In this document: piece by piece, positions 38,938 to 48,897 of the stretch
How positions within the stretch are numbered: position 1 is the first letter of the stretch
Layout of the letters: each line of letters begins with the position of its first letter
Program-made: the position numbers and the translations under genes
Notes under the pieces: model-generated
What the model was told of the DNA's origin: nothing
The model's input: only the letters and a program-made list of their open reading frames with translations
The model's database searches: none
NCBI GenBank assembly: GCA_027339965.1
Contig: DAHWNL010000078.1
Span: 64,001 to 128,000 of the forward strand
Direction of reading: 5' to 3'
DNA from: Granulicella sp.
GTDB taxonomy: Bacteria > Acidobacteriota > Terriglobia > Terriglobales > Acidobacteriaceae
DNA: 64,000 nucleotides

Positions 38938-40860
38938 ATGTTGGAACGCAGAAGGTTTGTCAAAACGGCCAGCATGGCAGCCGCCGGAGTCATTGCTTCT
39001 CGTCATCCGCTCGCGGCGCAAATCGCCGCGCGGTCCACGGTCCACAACGATACCCGCCTTCACTATGTCTCGGACAGCATCGAAGCTCAGTTTTCCGCAA
39101 CCGCTCCGGAGTTCCTGAGCCTCCACATCGACGGGCTTGGGAAGGGCAGGCGCGGCGCGAACATTCTACAGTCGCTCGGACCCATGAGCGGCTATCTGGT
39201 TTCAGCCTCCAGGTCTGGATCAACCCTGCGGGTGGAATACCGCAGCAACCTGGCCGACGCTGCTTCGCGCCCCATGTGGACGGTGGAGTGCAGTGGCAAC
39301 AAGATCGTGCTCAGCTCCGCGTGGAACCCAAATGTTCAGCCGGCCCCGTTCTCTTTTCATTTCAATCTGAACCAAGCTCACAGCACAGTCCTCGCCTTGT
39401 TCCGCAAGGACGGCCTGCTGGCATTGCCGGCGCTCATGCATGTTCCCGGGCAGGGCTCCATGCGCCTCACGGCCAACGTACCCAGCTTCGGGCTGACCTA
39501 TGACTCCAGCCGCTCGCAACAGACTGCCGATCTGTCGCTTCCAGGGGCAACTTTGCCTTTCCAGACGGTGGCCTACACGCTGGAAGTAGTAGCCATCTAT
39601 CCAAATTTGCCGGGGATCGGCGGAGATGCGTGTTTCGATCCATTTCGCCGCGGTTGGCTTGATGTACTGCAACTCAATCCCACCGTGCAAGCACTGGCCA
39701 ACAACACCGCCAGCGACTCCTGCGCGTTCTGCTACTACGAGTTCGCGGACATTGCCGCGCTTTCACCCCCACTGGTCGGGGAACTGACGGCGCTTGCGAT
39801 CGTTCGCCAGACTTTGGATCGGATCCTGGCGGGAGGGTTCGCCTACGGGATGCCCGCAGTACCCGACCATCCGGGGACGACTTCGGATACTTATCCGTCC
39901 TTGGTGATTGCCGCAGCCAACTGTGCCCGCGATGGCGGCGGCGAGGAATGGTTGAAAACCAACTATGAAGGTATTCGTAGCTGGACAGAATCGATGCTCG
40001 CTACGGACAACAATGGCAATGGCCTTATCAAATACTGCGTAAGTGGAAACTCGAGCATCTGGCCCAATGGCAACCCTCCCTATCGACCATCCAATTGGTG
40101 GGACACGATTGGATTCGGGTACGAAGACGCCTATGGCAACGCCCTGGCCTATCGTGCTCTGCGCAACATGGCGATGATGGCGAAAAGAGCAGGGAAAGAT
40201 GCCGATTACGCTCGCTATCTGGCTATCGCGCAAAAGCTGCGCGACGCGTACTTCAAATGTTTTTTCGATCCGGCCACCGGCGTCCTGGGGGGGTGGCGAA
40301 GCAAGGATGGACACCTTCACGACTTCTATTTTCTGTTTGTCAGCGGCATCGCCATTCACTATGGGCTGATTCGGAAGGCGCAAGCAAACGCCATCATGGA
40401 CAAGCTGCTGGCCAAGATGCGTGAGGTAGGGTACACGAACTTCCACCTCGGCCTGCCCGGCAACCTGATCACTGTCGCACTGCCGGACTGTGTGGACAAA
40501 CGCGGCAAAGGCCGCTTTGGCTGCGGCGTCCGCCCGGATAACTCTGATGGTTTTGAAAACTACGAAAACGGTGGCGCCACTGGAGCTTTCGCCTTCTTCA
40601 CCCTTGCAGCACTCTATGATCTGGGACGCAAGCAGGAGGCGGACAAAATACTGTTTGCCATGCTGGACGAATACGACAAAAATGGCTTTTCACAGCGGGC
40701 TGCGGATGGATTGTCTACCGACTGGCGGCGTTGGGATGGAACTCCTACCGGTTACGAGGGCCTGCTCACCGACGACTACTACGCCATGCTCGCAGTTCCC
40801 TTGCGCCAGTCCGAGATCGTCTGGAAGAGCAGCTACCGTCCGGCTACCAACCTGACCTGA
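38938..40860 (+). CDS. Tat-exported putative six-hairpin glycosidase-like protein
   Basis: MLERRRFVK Tat signal; DNNGNGL, NWWDTIGFG, EDAYGNALAYRAL, FFDPATG and YENGG, typical of (alpha/alpha)6 glycosidases. Confidence 0.6.
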   Translation: MLERRRFVKTASMAAAGVIASRHPLAAQIAARSTVHNDTRLHYVSDSIEAQFSATAPEFLSLHIDGLGKGRRGANILQSLGPMSGYLVSASRSGSTLRVEYRSNLADAASRPMWTVECSGNKIVLSSAWNPNVQPAPFSFHFNLNQAHSTVLALFRKDGLLALPALMHVPGQGSMRLTANVPSFGLTYDSSRSQQTADLSLPGATLPFQTVAYTLEVVAIYPNLPGIGGDACFDPFRRGWLDVLQLNPTVQALANNTASDSCAFCYYEFADIAALSPPLVGELTALAIVRQTLDRILAGGFAYGMPAVPDHPGTTSDTYPSLVIAAANCARDGGGEEWLKTNYEGIRSWTESMLATDNNGNGLIKYCVSGNSSIWPNGNPPYRPSNWWDTIGFGYEDAYGNALAYRALRNMAMMAKRAGKDADYARYLAIAQKLRDAYFKCFFDPATGVLGGWRSKDGHLHDFYFLFVSGIAIHYGLIRKAQANAIMDKLLAKMREVGYTNFHLGLPGNLITVALPDCVDKRGKGRFGCGVRPDNSDGFENYENGGATGAFAFFTLAALYDLGRKQEADKILFAMLDEYDKNGFSQRAADGLSTDWRRWDGTPTGYEGLLTDDYYAMLAVPLRQSEIVWKSSYRPATNLT

Positions 40861-40880
40861 CCGGGGCAGACAGGAACAAG

Positions 40881-42194
40881 ATGAACTCTCGAACAGGCGA
40901 GAAGAGCGATGCCGAGCTGCTCACTGATCCACAATCACATCACTCAAACTGGGCGGGCAATATTGTCTTCAAGGCTTCTCAACGCAGCGAACCTGCGGCT
41001 GTGGAAGAGTTGCAGCGGCTGATCAAGGTTTGTTCCCGCATCAAGGCGTTGGGCACTCTTCACTCTTTCCACAATATTGCCGACACCCTGGGCATGCACC
41101 TCTCGCTGCGACGCTTCGATGAGATGACGCTGGATCCTGCCGTCCGGACAGTGTCCGTGGGAGCGGGTGTGCGTTATGGAGAGCTGGTAGCCTGGCTGCA
41201 CGCAAAAGGATACGCACTCAAGAATCTCGCCTCGCTGCCGCACATCAGCGTCGCGGGGGCCTGCGCCACCGCCACGCACGGCTCCGGGCTTGGAAACCAA
41301 TGCCTCTCTGCGGAGGTGGCAGCTATCGAGTTTGTTGATGGCCGCGGCGAACGGATCGCCTGGACGCGCCAGAGCGAGCCCCAGAAATTGGCAGCCTCGG
41401 TTGTAGCGTTGGGAGCGTTGGGAGTCGTGACACGGGTGACGCTCGATGTGGTCGCCACCTTCTCTATAGCGCAGACCGTTTATGAGAACCTTTCTCTGGA
41501 TTCCCTGGACAGGCACTGGGAAGAGGTTCTTGGAGCAGGCTACAGCGTGAGCTTGTTTACTGATTGGCGGCAGAATCGAATCAAGCAGATCTGGGTCAAG
41601 CGAAAACTTGCCCAAAGCGGAGAAACAGATCCGCCTGAGAGCCTGTTTGGCGCGCTACGGCAAAAGGACAAGCTTCATCCTCTACCGGGGCATGCCCCGG
41701 AGCCTTGTACGGAACAGATGGGACAGCCCGGCCCATGGTTTCAGCGGCTACCGCATTTTCGAATGGACTTTACGCCATCCAGCGGCGCGGAGCTGCAAAC
41801 GGAATACTTCGTGCCGCTCCATCGGGGCATGGAAGCACTGCTCGCGGTACAACGGCTGGGTGCGGCCATCTCACCGCATCTGCAGATCTCTGAGATCCGG
41901 ACCGTTGCCGCGGATAATCTGTGGATGAGCATGGCCTGCGAGCGGGACTCCCTTGCCATTCACTTCACCTGGCAGCCTCATGGAGAAGCCGTGCAGCGTT
42001 TGCTGCCGCAGATCGAAGCCAGCCTGGCGCCTTTCAAGGCTCGGCCCCACTGGGGCAAACTGTTTAGCATGCCCCGCGAGCGTCTGCAGGAGCTCTATCC
42101 TCGCTTCCATGATTTTGTCGCGCTGGTGAAGCACTGCGATCCGGAGGGAAAGTTCCGCAACGCCTACTTGGATCGATATCTTCTCGGAGATTGA
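40881..42194 (+). CDS. FAD-linked alditol/xylitol oxidase (AldO-like)
   Basis: NWAGN, GTLHSF (covalent FAD His), NLASLPHISVAGACATATHGSG, ELQTEYF, RPHWGK. Confidence 0.88.
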   Translation: MNSRTGEKSDAELLTDPQSHHSNWAGNIVFKASQRSEPAAVEELQRLIKVCSRIKALGTLHSFHNIADTLGMHLSLRRFDEMTLDPAVRTVSVGAGVRYGELVAWLHAKGYALKNLASLPHISVAGACATATHGSGLGNQCLSAEVAAIEFVDGRGERIAWTRQSEPQKLAASVVALGALGVVTRVTLDVVATFSIAQTVYENLSLDSLDRHWEEVLGAGYSVSLFTDWRQNRIKQIWVKRKLAQSGETDPPESLFGALRQKDKLHPLPGHAPEPCTEQMGQPGPWFQRLPHFRMDFTPSSGAELQTEYFVPLHRGMEALLAVQRLGAAISPHLQISEIRTVAADNLWMSMACERDSLAIHFTWQPHGEAVQRLLPQIEASLAPFKARPHWGKLFSMPRERLQELYPRFHDFVALVKHCDPEGKFRNAYLDRYLLGD

Positions 42195-42425
42195 ATCGAT
42201 TCATCTATCGGCGCAACAGCGGCCTTGTCATGATCCGGACAGCAAAAGGCTTCGGTTGTGGCTTTTGGGGCTGAGGGGTTTGGCCATGCCTGGCCTACCG
42301 CTGCTCCAGATGAAGGTTGCGCTCGGCTGCCCGCTCCGTGTCTCAAGCGACGATCTGCTCACGCAAAGCCGGCGCCGATCGATTTGACACACCCCATCTT
42401 GGAAAATAGATGATGATAGACGAAT

Positions 42426-43193
42426 ATGGAAAAAGCTCATCCGTTCACCCTCGTCGGGAAGCAAGCCGTTGTCACCGGGGGCGCCAGCGGCATTGGCCTG
42501 GCCACTGCCCAGGCCTTCGCAGACGCTGGAGCTCGTGTCACCATCCTTGACTTGGCCGCAGCACAGGCTTCTGAAGCCGCCGCATCGCTCTCCCTGCCCG
42601 GGCGGGGCATCGGCTGCGACGTCACCGAGCCCGCCAGCGTCGAGCAAGCCTTCGCAGAGGCCGGCGGGGTGGATCTGCTGGTGAACAGCGCCGGCATCGC
42701 CCACATCGGGACCCTGCTCGGCACCACTCCAGATGACCTTGACCGCCTTTATCGCGTCAACGTCCGTGGAACTTTTTTGTGTATGCGGGCCGCCGTCAGC
42801 CGGATGCAGCAGAGCGGCGGAGGCGCCATCGTCAACATGGCCTCCATCGCCGCCACAGCCGGCCTTCCCGACCGCTTCGCTTACTCCATGACCAAGGGGG
42901 CAGTCCTGGCCATGACCCTTTCGGTGGCGCGCGATTTCCTGGCTCAGGGAATACGCTGCAACTGTATCTCGCCGGCCCGCGTCCACACCCCCTTTGTAGA
43001 TGGGTATCTCGCCCGCACCTACCCCGGCCGGGAGACCGAGATGATGCGGACGCTCGAAAAGGCACAGCCCATCGGGCGCATGGCTCGTCCAGAAGAGATC
43101 GCCTGGCTGGCGCTCTACCTCTGCTCGAATGCCGCCGGCTTCATCACCGGGGTGGACTATCCGATCGACGGTGGCTTCGTCAACCTTCGCTGA
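42426..43193 (+). CDS. SDR oxidoreductase (2-keto-3-deoxy-L-fuconate dehydrogenase-like)
   Basis: TGGASGIG, NSAG, DRFAYSMTKGA, RCNCISPARVHTP. Confidence 0.85.
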   Translation: MEKAHPFTLVGKQAVVTGGASGIGLATAQAFADAGARVTILDLAAAQASEAAASLSLPGRGIGCDVTEPASVEQAFAEAGGVDLLVNSAGIAHIGTLLGTTPDDLDRLYRVNVRGTFLCMRAAVSRMQQSGGGAIVNMASIAATAGLPDRFAYSMTKGAVLAMTLSVARDFLAQGIRCNCISPARVHTPFVDGYLARTYPGRETEMMRTLEKAQPIGRMARPEEIAWLALYLCSNAAGFITGVDYPIDGGFVNLR

Positions 43194-43351
43194 GACATCT
43201 TGCTCGGCCGGAGATGTCACCTTGGCTTGCCTGGGCATCTCCCCAAGCCGACCTCTCGATCCTCGCTCCCGTAGACTATGCTCCACGCAAGGGCCCGGGC
43301 TCTCACGGCTCCCCCGTCCAGAGACCACCAAGCTCCACCATGTTTCCCTCC

Positions 43352-43448
43352 ATGTGTGCAACGAAATGCACACATTTCGGGGGTAAGGGCATCTCCACCT
43401 GTCGAATATTGGGCATTCCTCTCCTCTGACTTTGGCATCCCAGTTGCT
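43352..43448 (+). promoter_or_regulatory. sigma54 promoter with upstream activator palindrome
   Basis: TGGCATCCCAGTTGCT (43433-43448) has exact -24/-12 spacing; ATGTGTGCA-N6-TGCACACAT at 43352-43375. Confidence 0.6.
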
Positions 43449-43838
43449 TCAACTCTAATCAACGGAACCACAAATCAGAGGGTGGCGGAAGCCAAAGGTG
43501 CATTGGCAGGCCTGCAGGTATTCCACCTTCCGCGAAGACGGTCAACCGTTGCAAGGAATGAAGCCTTGCGCATCAGGACCGTTGGCTGCCTTGAAAGCTG
43601 TGGCAATACGCTAAAGTTTGCCCGGAGGGCTGAAGCTGCCATCCGGCAAATCTTGGCAAGGCGCCCACGGCGCAGCTCGGGACTTGGTTTCTCCCTGTGG
43701 CTGCTTGGGTGCAGCGAGCGTTGCCCCCAAAAGCAGCTGCAAAACCATCCACGCGGAGTGCTTCGAAGGCTATCTCCCGCGCAATTGGACAAACCGGCCA
43801 GGGATGCGGTCCGCGAGCCATCCTGCAAGGAGATTTCA

Positions 43839-44408
43839 GTGATAAAGATTGTTCGTTCTCTCTTTTTATGTTTGCTGATCTTCGGACTCACGCGCGCGTC
43901 CTATGCCTTCAAGCTGGGCGTTCTGGATGCTCCGCCCCCGACGTTCGACTTCACGGGCGCGCCTCTGGAAATCTCCTTTTCCAGTTGTGGCGCCGGCTTC
44001 AGTTCTACCGACGGCTGCGCCTCTATCATCAACGGTACGGGCGCCACCATTACCAGCCTGCTCGTGGATGTGCCGGTGAGCGACCTCGCCGGCCAGACCT
44101 CAGTATCTTGCCTGGGAGGTAGACGCAGTCTGTTTACCAGTTGCATCGTCTCTGAGATCGACAATCAAACCCAGTATCAGTTCGACTTCACCGGCGGCGA
44201 TATCCCTTACTCCCCGTTCAGCAAATGCGACACGGACGACGCCACCTTCTTCCAGATTGAGGAGAAGGGAGTCAACTACCACGATATTACCGCTAATGTG
44301 GCGATGACTCCAGAGCCGGCCAACTTCTGGCTACTGGCCAGTGGGATGCTCCTCCTGGCGGGCTTCCTGTACCGGCGGCGACTCTGGTCCAGCACATTGG
44401 GCTGCTGA
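43839..44408 (+). CDS. PEP-CTERM-type (exosortase target) exported protein
   Basis: AAGGAG RBS and GTG start, signal peptide, C-terminal TPEPANFWLLASGMLLLAGFLYRRR. Confidence 0.85.
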   Translation: MIKIVRSLFLCLLIFGLTRASYAFKLGVLDAPPPTFDFTGAPLEISFSSCGAGFSSTDGCASIINGTGATITSLLVDVPVSDLAGQTSVSCLGGRRSLFTSCIVSEIDNQTQYQFDFTGGDIPYSPFSKCDTDDATFFQIEEKGVNYHDITANVAMTPEPANFWLLASGMLLLAGFLYRRRLWSSTLGC

Positions 44409-44436
44409 GTTCATCCGTCTCCATCGCCCACTCCCC

Positions 44437-44470
44437 AATAGGCCCTGCCCTAACCCGGGCAGGGCCTATT
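44437..44470. terminator. hairpin between convergent genes, probable terminator
   Basis: AATAGGCCCTGCCC-TAACCC-GGGCAGGGCCTATT. Confidence 0.75.
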
Positions 44471-44587
44471 CTCGGTCGGCCACGGCCATTGCGTGATCAC
44501 CGATCCATCGTCGGAGCTATCAGGGAATCTCCACTCGGCCGCACGCTCCCCCGCGGCCACAGAGCGGCTCCCATGGCAGAATCACCG

Positions 44588-45127
44588 CTACATTTTGTAG
44601 CGGCCCATCTCGTCATCGTTAAGATTCTCCAGCCAACGGCGCAGCTCTTCCGGGCTCAGTGTCGAACTTCCGTTCGAGGAGCGGCGAGCTTGCTCGTAGA
44701 CCTGCTGGGAGACGAAGATCGGGCAGTCGGAGCGCAGCGCAAGAGCGATTGCATCAGAAGGCCGCGCATCCAACGCGATGACCTCACCCGCCTGGTCCAT
44801 CCATACCGTTGCGTGGAAGGTGTCCTCACGGAGATCCCCGACCACAACCCGGGTTACCCGGCCGTTCAGACTGTCAATTGCATTGCGCAGCAAATCATGC
44901 GTCCAGGGGCGGAACGTGGTCGCCTTCTCCATCTCGAGTGCGATCGCATTCGCTTCAAAGATGCCGACCCATATCGGCAACACCACCTCCCCGGCCAGAT
45001 CGTTCAACACCACAATGGGCATCTTGGTGGAGGAATCGATCATGAGACCGCGGATACGAACCTCGACTTCTGGTCCCGATTCGCGGTCCTCAGGGTCGGA
45101 TTTGAAGCCGGGCAGGTGCATGGCCAT
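44588..45127 (-). CDS. bifunctional nuclease family protein (DUF151)
   Basis: MPIVVL, LPIWVGIFEANAIA, RPWTHDLL, DARPSDAIALALR. Confidence 0.92.
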   Translation of the reverse strand: MAMHLPGFKSDPEDRESGPEVEVRIRGLMIDSSTKMPIVVLNDLAGEVVLPIWVGIFEANAIALEMEKATTFRPWTHDLLRNAIDSLNGRVTRVVVGDLREDTFHATVWMDQAGEVIALDARPSDAIALALRSDCPIFVSQQVYEQARRSSNGSSTLSPEELRRWLENLNDDEMGRYKM

Positions 45128-45267
45128 AGTGTAACCCCAGCCCGGCCCAGCCGGAAATCCATCTTGGAATGCAGCGCCATGGCTCGACCTGCATTCAAGA
45201 CCCACCATGCGGGCTCAGCCGCTTCGCGCCTTTTTTGCGGTTCCTCTCAGGGCCTCAGCCGCGGCTC

Positions 45268-46632
45268 TCAAACCCGGGCGTTAAGCGCCTGCTGCGCCAG
45301 CAACGTCGGAGAAGGAGAGACGGCGACAGACACCGCAACTCCCAGCAGAGAACTGGGGAAGATCTCCGTGATACGGACATCCAGATAGCCGCCCACCGCG
45401 GGGATACGATCACAGGTAAAGTTCACCGTCTTGTTCTGGGTGGAACGCCCGGTCATCTGGCCACGATGGTTGGGTCCGTGTTCCACCATCACGGACACGA
45501 TCTGGCCCAGATGGCGCGCGTAGTTGCGGCGCTGGATCTCGCGCTGGCGAGCGTTTAGCGTGGCCAGGCGCTGCACCTTGACCTCTTCCGCAATGGAGTC
45601 CGCCATGTGCATGGCAGGGGTGTTGGGACGGGGCGAGTACTTGAAGCCATATACCCCGTCATAGCCAACCTCATCCAGCAAGCGGAGCGTCTCCTCAAAG
45701 TCGCCGTCGTTCTCTCCCGGAAAGCCCACAATAATGTCTGTTGTCAGGGAGATATCCCGCCGTGCCGCCTTGGTCCATGCGATTCGCTCCAGATACCAAT
45801 CCCGGGTGTACTCGCGCTGCATGGCGCGCAGCACGTTGCTGGAGCCTGACTGGACCGGAAGATGCACGTGATCGCACAAGCTCGGCACCGCATCGATGGC
45901 CGAGACGATATCCCTGGTAAAGTCCCTCGGGTGAGAGGTGGTGAAGCGAACGCGCTTGATACCGTTCACCTCGCCCACCGCGGCCAGAAGTTCAGCAAAG
46001 CTGCGCCGGCCGCTGGGGTCCCGATAGCTGTTCACGTTCTGGCCCAAAAGCTGAATCTCAGTAAAACCAAGCTGGGCGATGCGCTGCGCCTCTGCCAGTA
46101 CGGAGGCTGAACTGCGGCTACGCTCCTTTCCGCGGGTATAAGGCACCACGCAGTAAGCGCAAAACTTGTCGCAGCCTTCGATAATCGTGATGTAGCCGCG
46201 GTGGGGATTGGAGCGCGCCGTAAACTCGGTGTCGAAGGTCCGGTCGGTCTGCCGGTCATCCAGACCCGTGATGCGGTTTTCGCCCGCTTCAAGCCGCTCC
46301 AACATCTCCGGCAGATGGTTGTAGCTGGCCGAACCTGCCACGAGCGAGACGTAGGGCGCCTTTTCAAAGATCTTGGCTCCCTCCTGCTGGGCAACGCAAC
46401 CCAAAACCGCAAACTTCTTCCCCTCTCCCTGCATGCGCTTGTACTCGTTCAACCGGTGGAAGACCTTTTGCTCAGCCTTGTCGCGAATGGAGCAAGTGTT
46501 GTAAACAATCAGCGTGGCGTCGGCTTCGTCCGCGGCTGGGGTATAGCCCTGTCGCAGCAAAGTGCCCACAACTTTCTCGGAGTCGTGAGCATTCATCTGG
46601 CAGCCAAAAGTTTCGAGGTAGAAGGTCTTCAT
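45268..46632 (-). CDS. miaB: tRNA-2-methylthio-N6-dimethylallyladenosine synthase
   Basis: TFGCQMNAHDSE, NTCSIRDKAE, radical SAM CDKFCAYC, C-terminal TRAM domain. Confidence 0.96.
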   Translation of the reverse strand: MKTFYLETFGCQMNAHDSEKVVGTLLRQGYTPAADEADATLIVYNTCSIRDKAEQKVFHRLNEYKRMQGEGKKFAVLGCVAQQEGAKIFEKAPYVSLVAGSASYNHLPEMLERLEAGENRITGLDDRQTDRTFDTEFTARSNPHRGYITIIEGCDKFCAYCVVPYTRGKERSRSSASVLAEAQRIAQLGFTEIQLLGQNVNSYRDPSGRRSFAELLAAVGEVNGIKRVRFTTSHPRDFTRDIVSAIDAVPSLCDHVHLPVQSGSSNVLRAMQREYTRDWYLERIAWTKAARRDISLTTDIIVGFPGENDGDFEETLRLLDEVGYDGVYGFKYSPRPNTPAMHMADSIAEEVKVQRLATLNARQREIQRRNYARHLGQIVSVMVEHGPNHRGQMTGRSTQNKTVNFTCDRIPAVGGYLDVRITEIFPSSLLGVAVSVAVSPSPTLLAQQALNARV

Positions 46633-46822
46633 GCGCAACCCTCAGTATAGGGCTTGGCTCGGCCTTTTTTGAACCGCGTTGTCTGCTCCATCTCCGGGCC
46701 TGGCTGGCTGGGGAAGGTCCTGCGGAGCACCCGCAGATCTCCTCTCCATCGGGATCTTCCAAGGGGCGCATGCGCGCCGACCGGCCGGCATGCTATCCTC
46801 GGCCCGAACCCGAGGCGGCGCC

Positions 46823-48553
46823 ATGACGGAAGAGAGCAAGCAGGAAAGACAATCCCGGTCACAACTAAATACGCGGCTGGACAGAGCTTCCACCCGAGCC
46901 AGGGAGAATCAGGCCTCAATGCTAGCGCTGCTCGCGGCTCTACGGGCTCAGGAGGACGAGATTCGTCAGGGAGGCGGCGCCAAGGCGGCCGACGCGCAAC
47001 GGGCCAAAGGCCGGCTGACGGTGCGCGAACGCCTGGCTCGATTGCTGGACCGGGACGCCGAGTTTCTGGAACTCGGCCTGTGGGCCGCCCATGGAATGTA
47101 TGCCGACTACGGAGGCGCTCCCGGAGCCGGCGTGGTCACCGGCCTGGGCAGGATCTGTGGCCGGCTGTGCATGGTAATCGCCAACGATGCGACCGTCAAG
47201 GCGGGAGCCTTCTTTCCCATGACCGCCAAAAAGGTGCTACGCGCACAGATCATCGCTTTGGAGAACCGGATCCCTACGATCTATCTTGTTGATTCGGCCG
47301 GCGTCTTCCTCCCCTTGCAGGAGGATGTCTTCCCCGACACCGATGACTTCGGACGCGTCTTTCGTAACAACGCCGTCATGAGCTCGCTGGGCATTCCGCA
47401 GATCACCGCGATCATGGGCATGTGCGTTGCCGGCGGAGCGTACCTGCCCGTGATGACCGATACCGTTCTGATGACCGAGGGATCCGGCCTCTTTCTCGCC
47501 GGCCCCTCTCTGGTGCAGGCAGCCATCGGGCAGAAGACGGAAGCCGAGGAGCTTGGAGGCGCCACCATGCACGCTGAGATCTCTGGAACCGTGGACTTCA
47601 AGGAGCCCGACGATGCGGCCTGTCTGGCCCGGCTGCGCAGTCTGGTCGGCCTGATGGGACAGCGAGCCACTGGGCCCTTCTCCACAACCCCCTTCGATGC
47701 GGAGCAAGATGCGCCTCGCTTCCCCGCCGAGGACCTCTACGGATTGCTCGATCCATCCCCAGGAGCCGGCAACATCTATGACATGCGCGAGATCATCGCC
47801 CGCATCGTCGACCGCAGCGAGTTCCAGGAGTACAAGGCGGAGTTTGGCCGAACCCTGCTTTGCGGATACGCGCACATCGGCGGCCACGCGGTCGGCATCG
47901 TCGCCAACCAGAAGATCAACCAGACCCAGACCGTGGCTATGGGTCCCCTGGCGGGCAGCAAACGGATCGAAGTCGGCGGCGTGATCTATACCGAGGCCGC
48001 GCAGAAGGCGGCGCGCTTCATCATGGACTGCAACCAGAACCTGGTCCCCCTAGTGTTTCTGCATGATGTCAACGGCTTCATGGTCGGCAAGGACGCTGAG
48101 TGGTCAGGGATCATTCGCGCCGGAGCCAAGATGGTCTCGGCCGTAAGCACCAGCGTGGTGCCCAAAATTACGGTCATCATCGGCGGAAGCTTTGGAGCCG
48201 GGCATTACGCCATGTGTGGCAAGGCCTATGATCCACGGTTTGTCTTCGCCTGGCCAACCGCGCGCTACGCCGTTATGAGCGGCGCCTCAGCCGCCGGCAC
48301 CTTGGCGGAAGTTCGCGCCCGACAGTTGGAACGCGGAGGCAAACAGCTCAACCCGGAACAGAGACAAGCGCTTTACAACGACATCAAGGAGACCTACGAT
48401 GCGCAGGCGGACCCGAGATATGCCGCAGCGAGACTGTGGATCGATGCCATCATCGACCCCGCCCAGACCCGCCAGGCGCTGATCACCTCGCTACAAGCCT
48501 GCGCGCTGAATCCAGAGGTGGCAAGATTCAATCCAGGCGTGCTGCAAACTTAA
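46823..48553 (+). CDS. acyl-CoA carboxylase beta subunit (methylcrotonyl-CoA carboxylase-like)
   Basis: ANDATVKAG, LVDSAGVFLP, CVAGGAY, GSFGAGHYAMCGKAYDPR. Confidence 0.9.
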   Translation: MTEESKQERQSRSQLNTRLDRASTRARENQASMLALLAALRAQEDEIRQGGGAKAADAQRAKGRLTVRERLARLLDRDAEFLELGLWAAHGMYADYGGAPGAGVVTGLGRICGRLCMVIANDATVKAGAFFPMTAKKVLRAQIIALENRIPTIYLVDSAGVFLPLQEDVFPDTDDFGRVFRNNAVMSSLGIPQITAIMGMCVAGGAYLPVMTDTVLMTEGSGLFLAGPSLVQAAIGQKTEAEELGGATMHAEISGTVDFKEPDDAACLARLRSLVGLMGQRATGPFSTTPFDAEQDAPRFPAEDLYGLLDPSPGAGNIYDMREIIARIVDRSEFQEYKAEFGRTLLCGYAHIGGHAVGIVANQKINQTQTVAMGPLAGSKRIEVGGVIYTEAAQKAARFIMDCNQNLVPLVFLHDVNGFMVGKDAEWSGIIRAGAKMVSAVSTSVVPKITVIIGGSFGAGHYAMCGKAYDPRFVFAWPTARYAVMSGASAAGTLAEVRARQLERGGKQLNPEQRQALYNDIKETYDAQADPRYAAARLWIDAIIDPAQTRQALITSLQACALNPEVARFNPGVLQT

Positions 48554-48764
48554 AGAAGCGCAACGCAAACTTCCGCCAATCCCAGCCGGCTACGCAACTT
48601 CCGGCCGGGGCGGGCCGAGGGTTGTAGAGCATTGCGATCGAAGCCTCTTCTTCGGAAACCGCCGGAGTCCACCGCTTCGGGTTCGATAGTCGCCCACAGG
48701 ACTGGGCAGCCGCCTTCCCTGGGTTGTATGATTCGCTGGCTCGGCCCGAAGGCGGATCGCGGCA

Positions 48765-48815
48765 GCCGGAGTGCATGGTGGGCCGGAGTGTATGGTGGGC
48801 CGGAGCGCATGGTGG
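48765..48815. repeat. 17-bp tandem repeat, three copies
   Basis: GCCGGAGTGCATGGTGG / GCCGGAGTGTATGGTGG / GCCGGAGCGCATGGTGG. Confidence 0.9.
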
Positions 48816-48897
48816 GAAGGATCGGCAGCCTTCTCAATACCTACCAAAGATCAGCGCCAGGCCATGGCGCACGGAACTCAACCAAGGAGCCGAAACG

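Noticed and set aside
43450..43838. Known riboswitch (e.g. c-di-GMP) in the PEP-CTERM leader
   Set aside because: I could not match any riboswitch consensus by eye.
48765..48815. Possible CRISPR array
   Set aside because: The repeats are directly adjacent with no spacers, and there are no cas genes.
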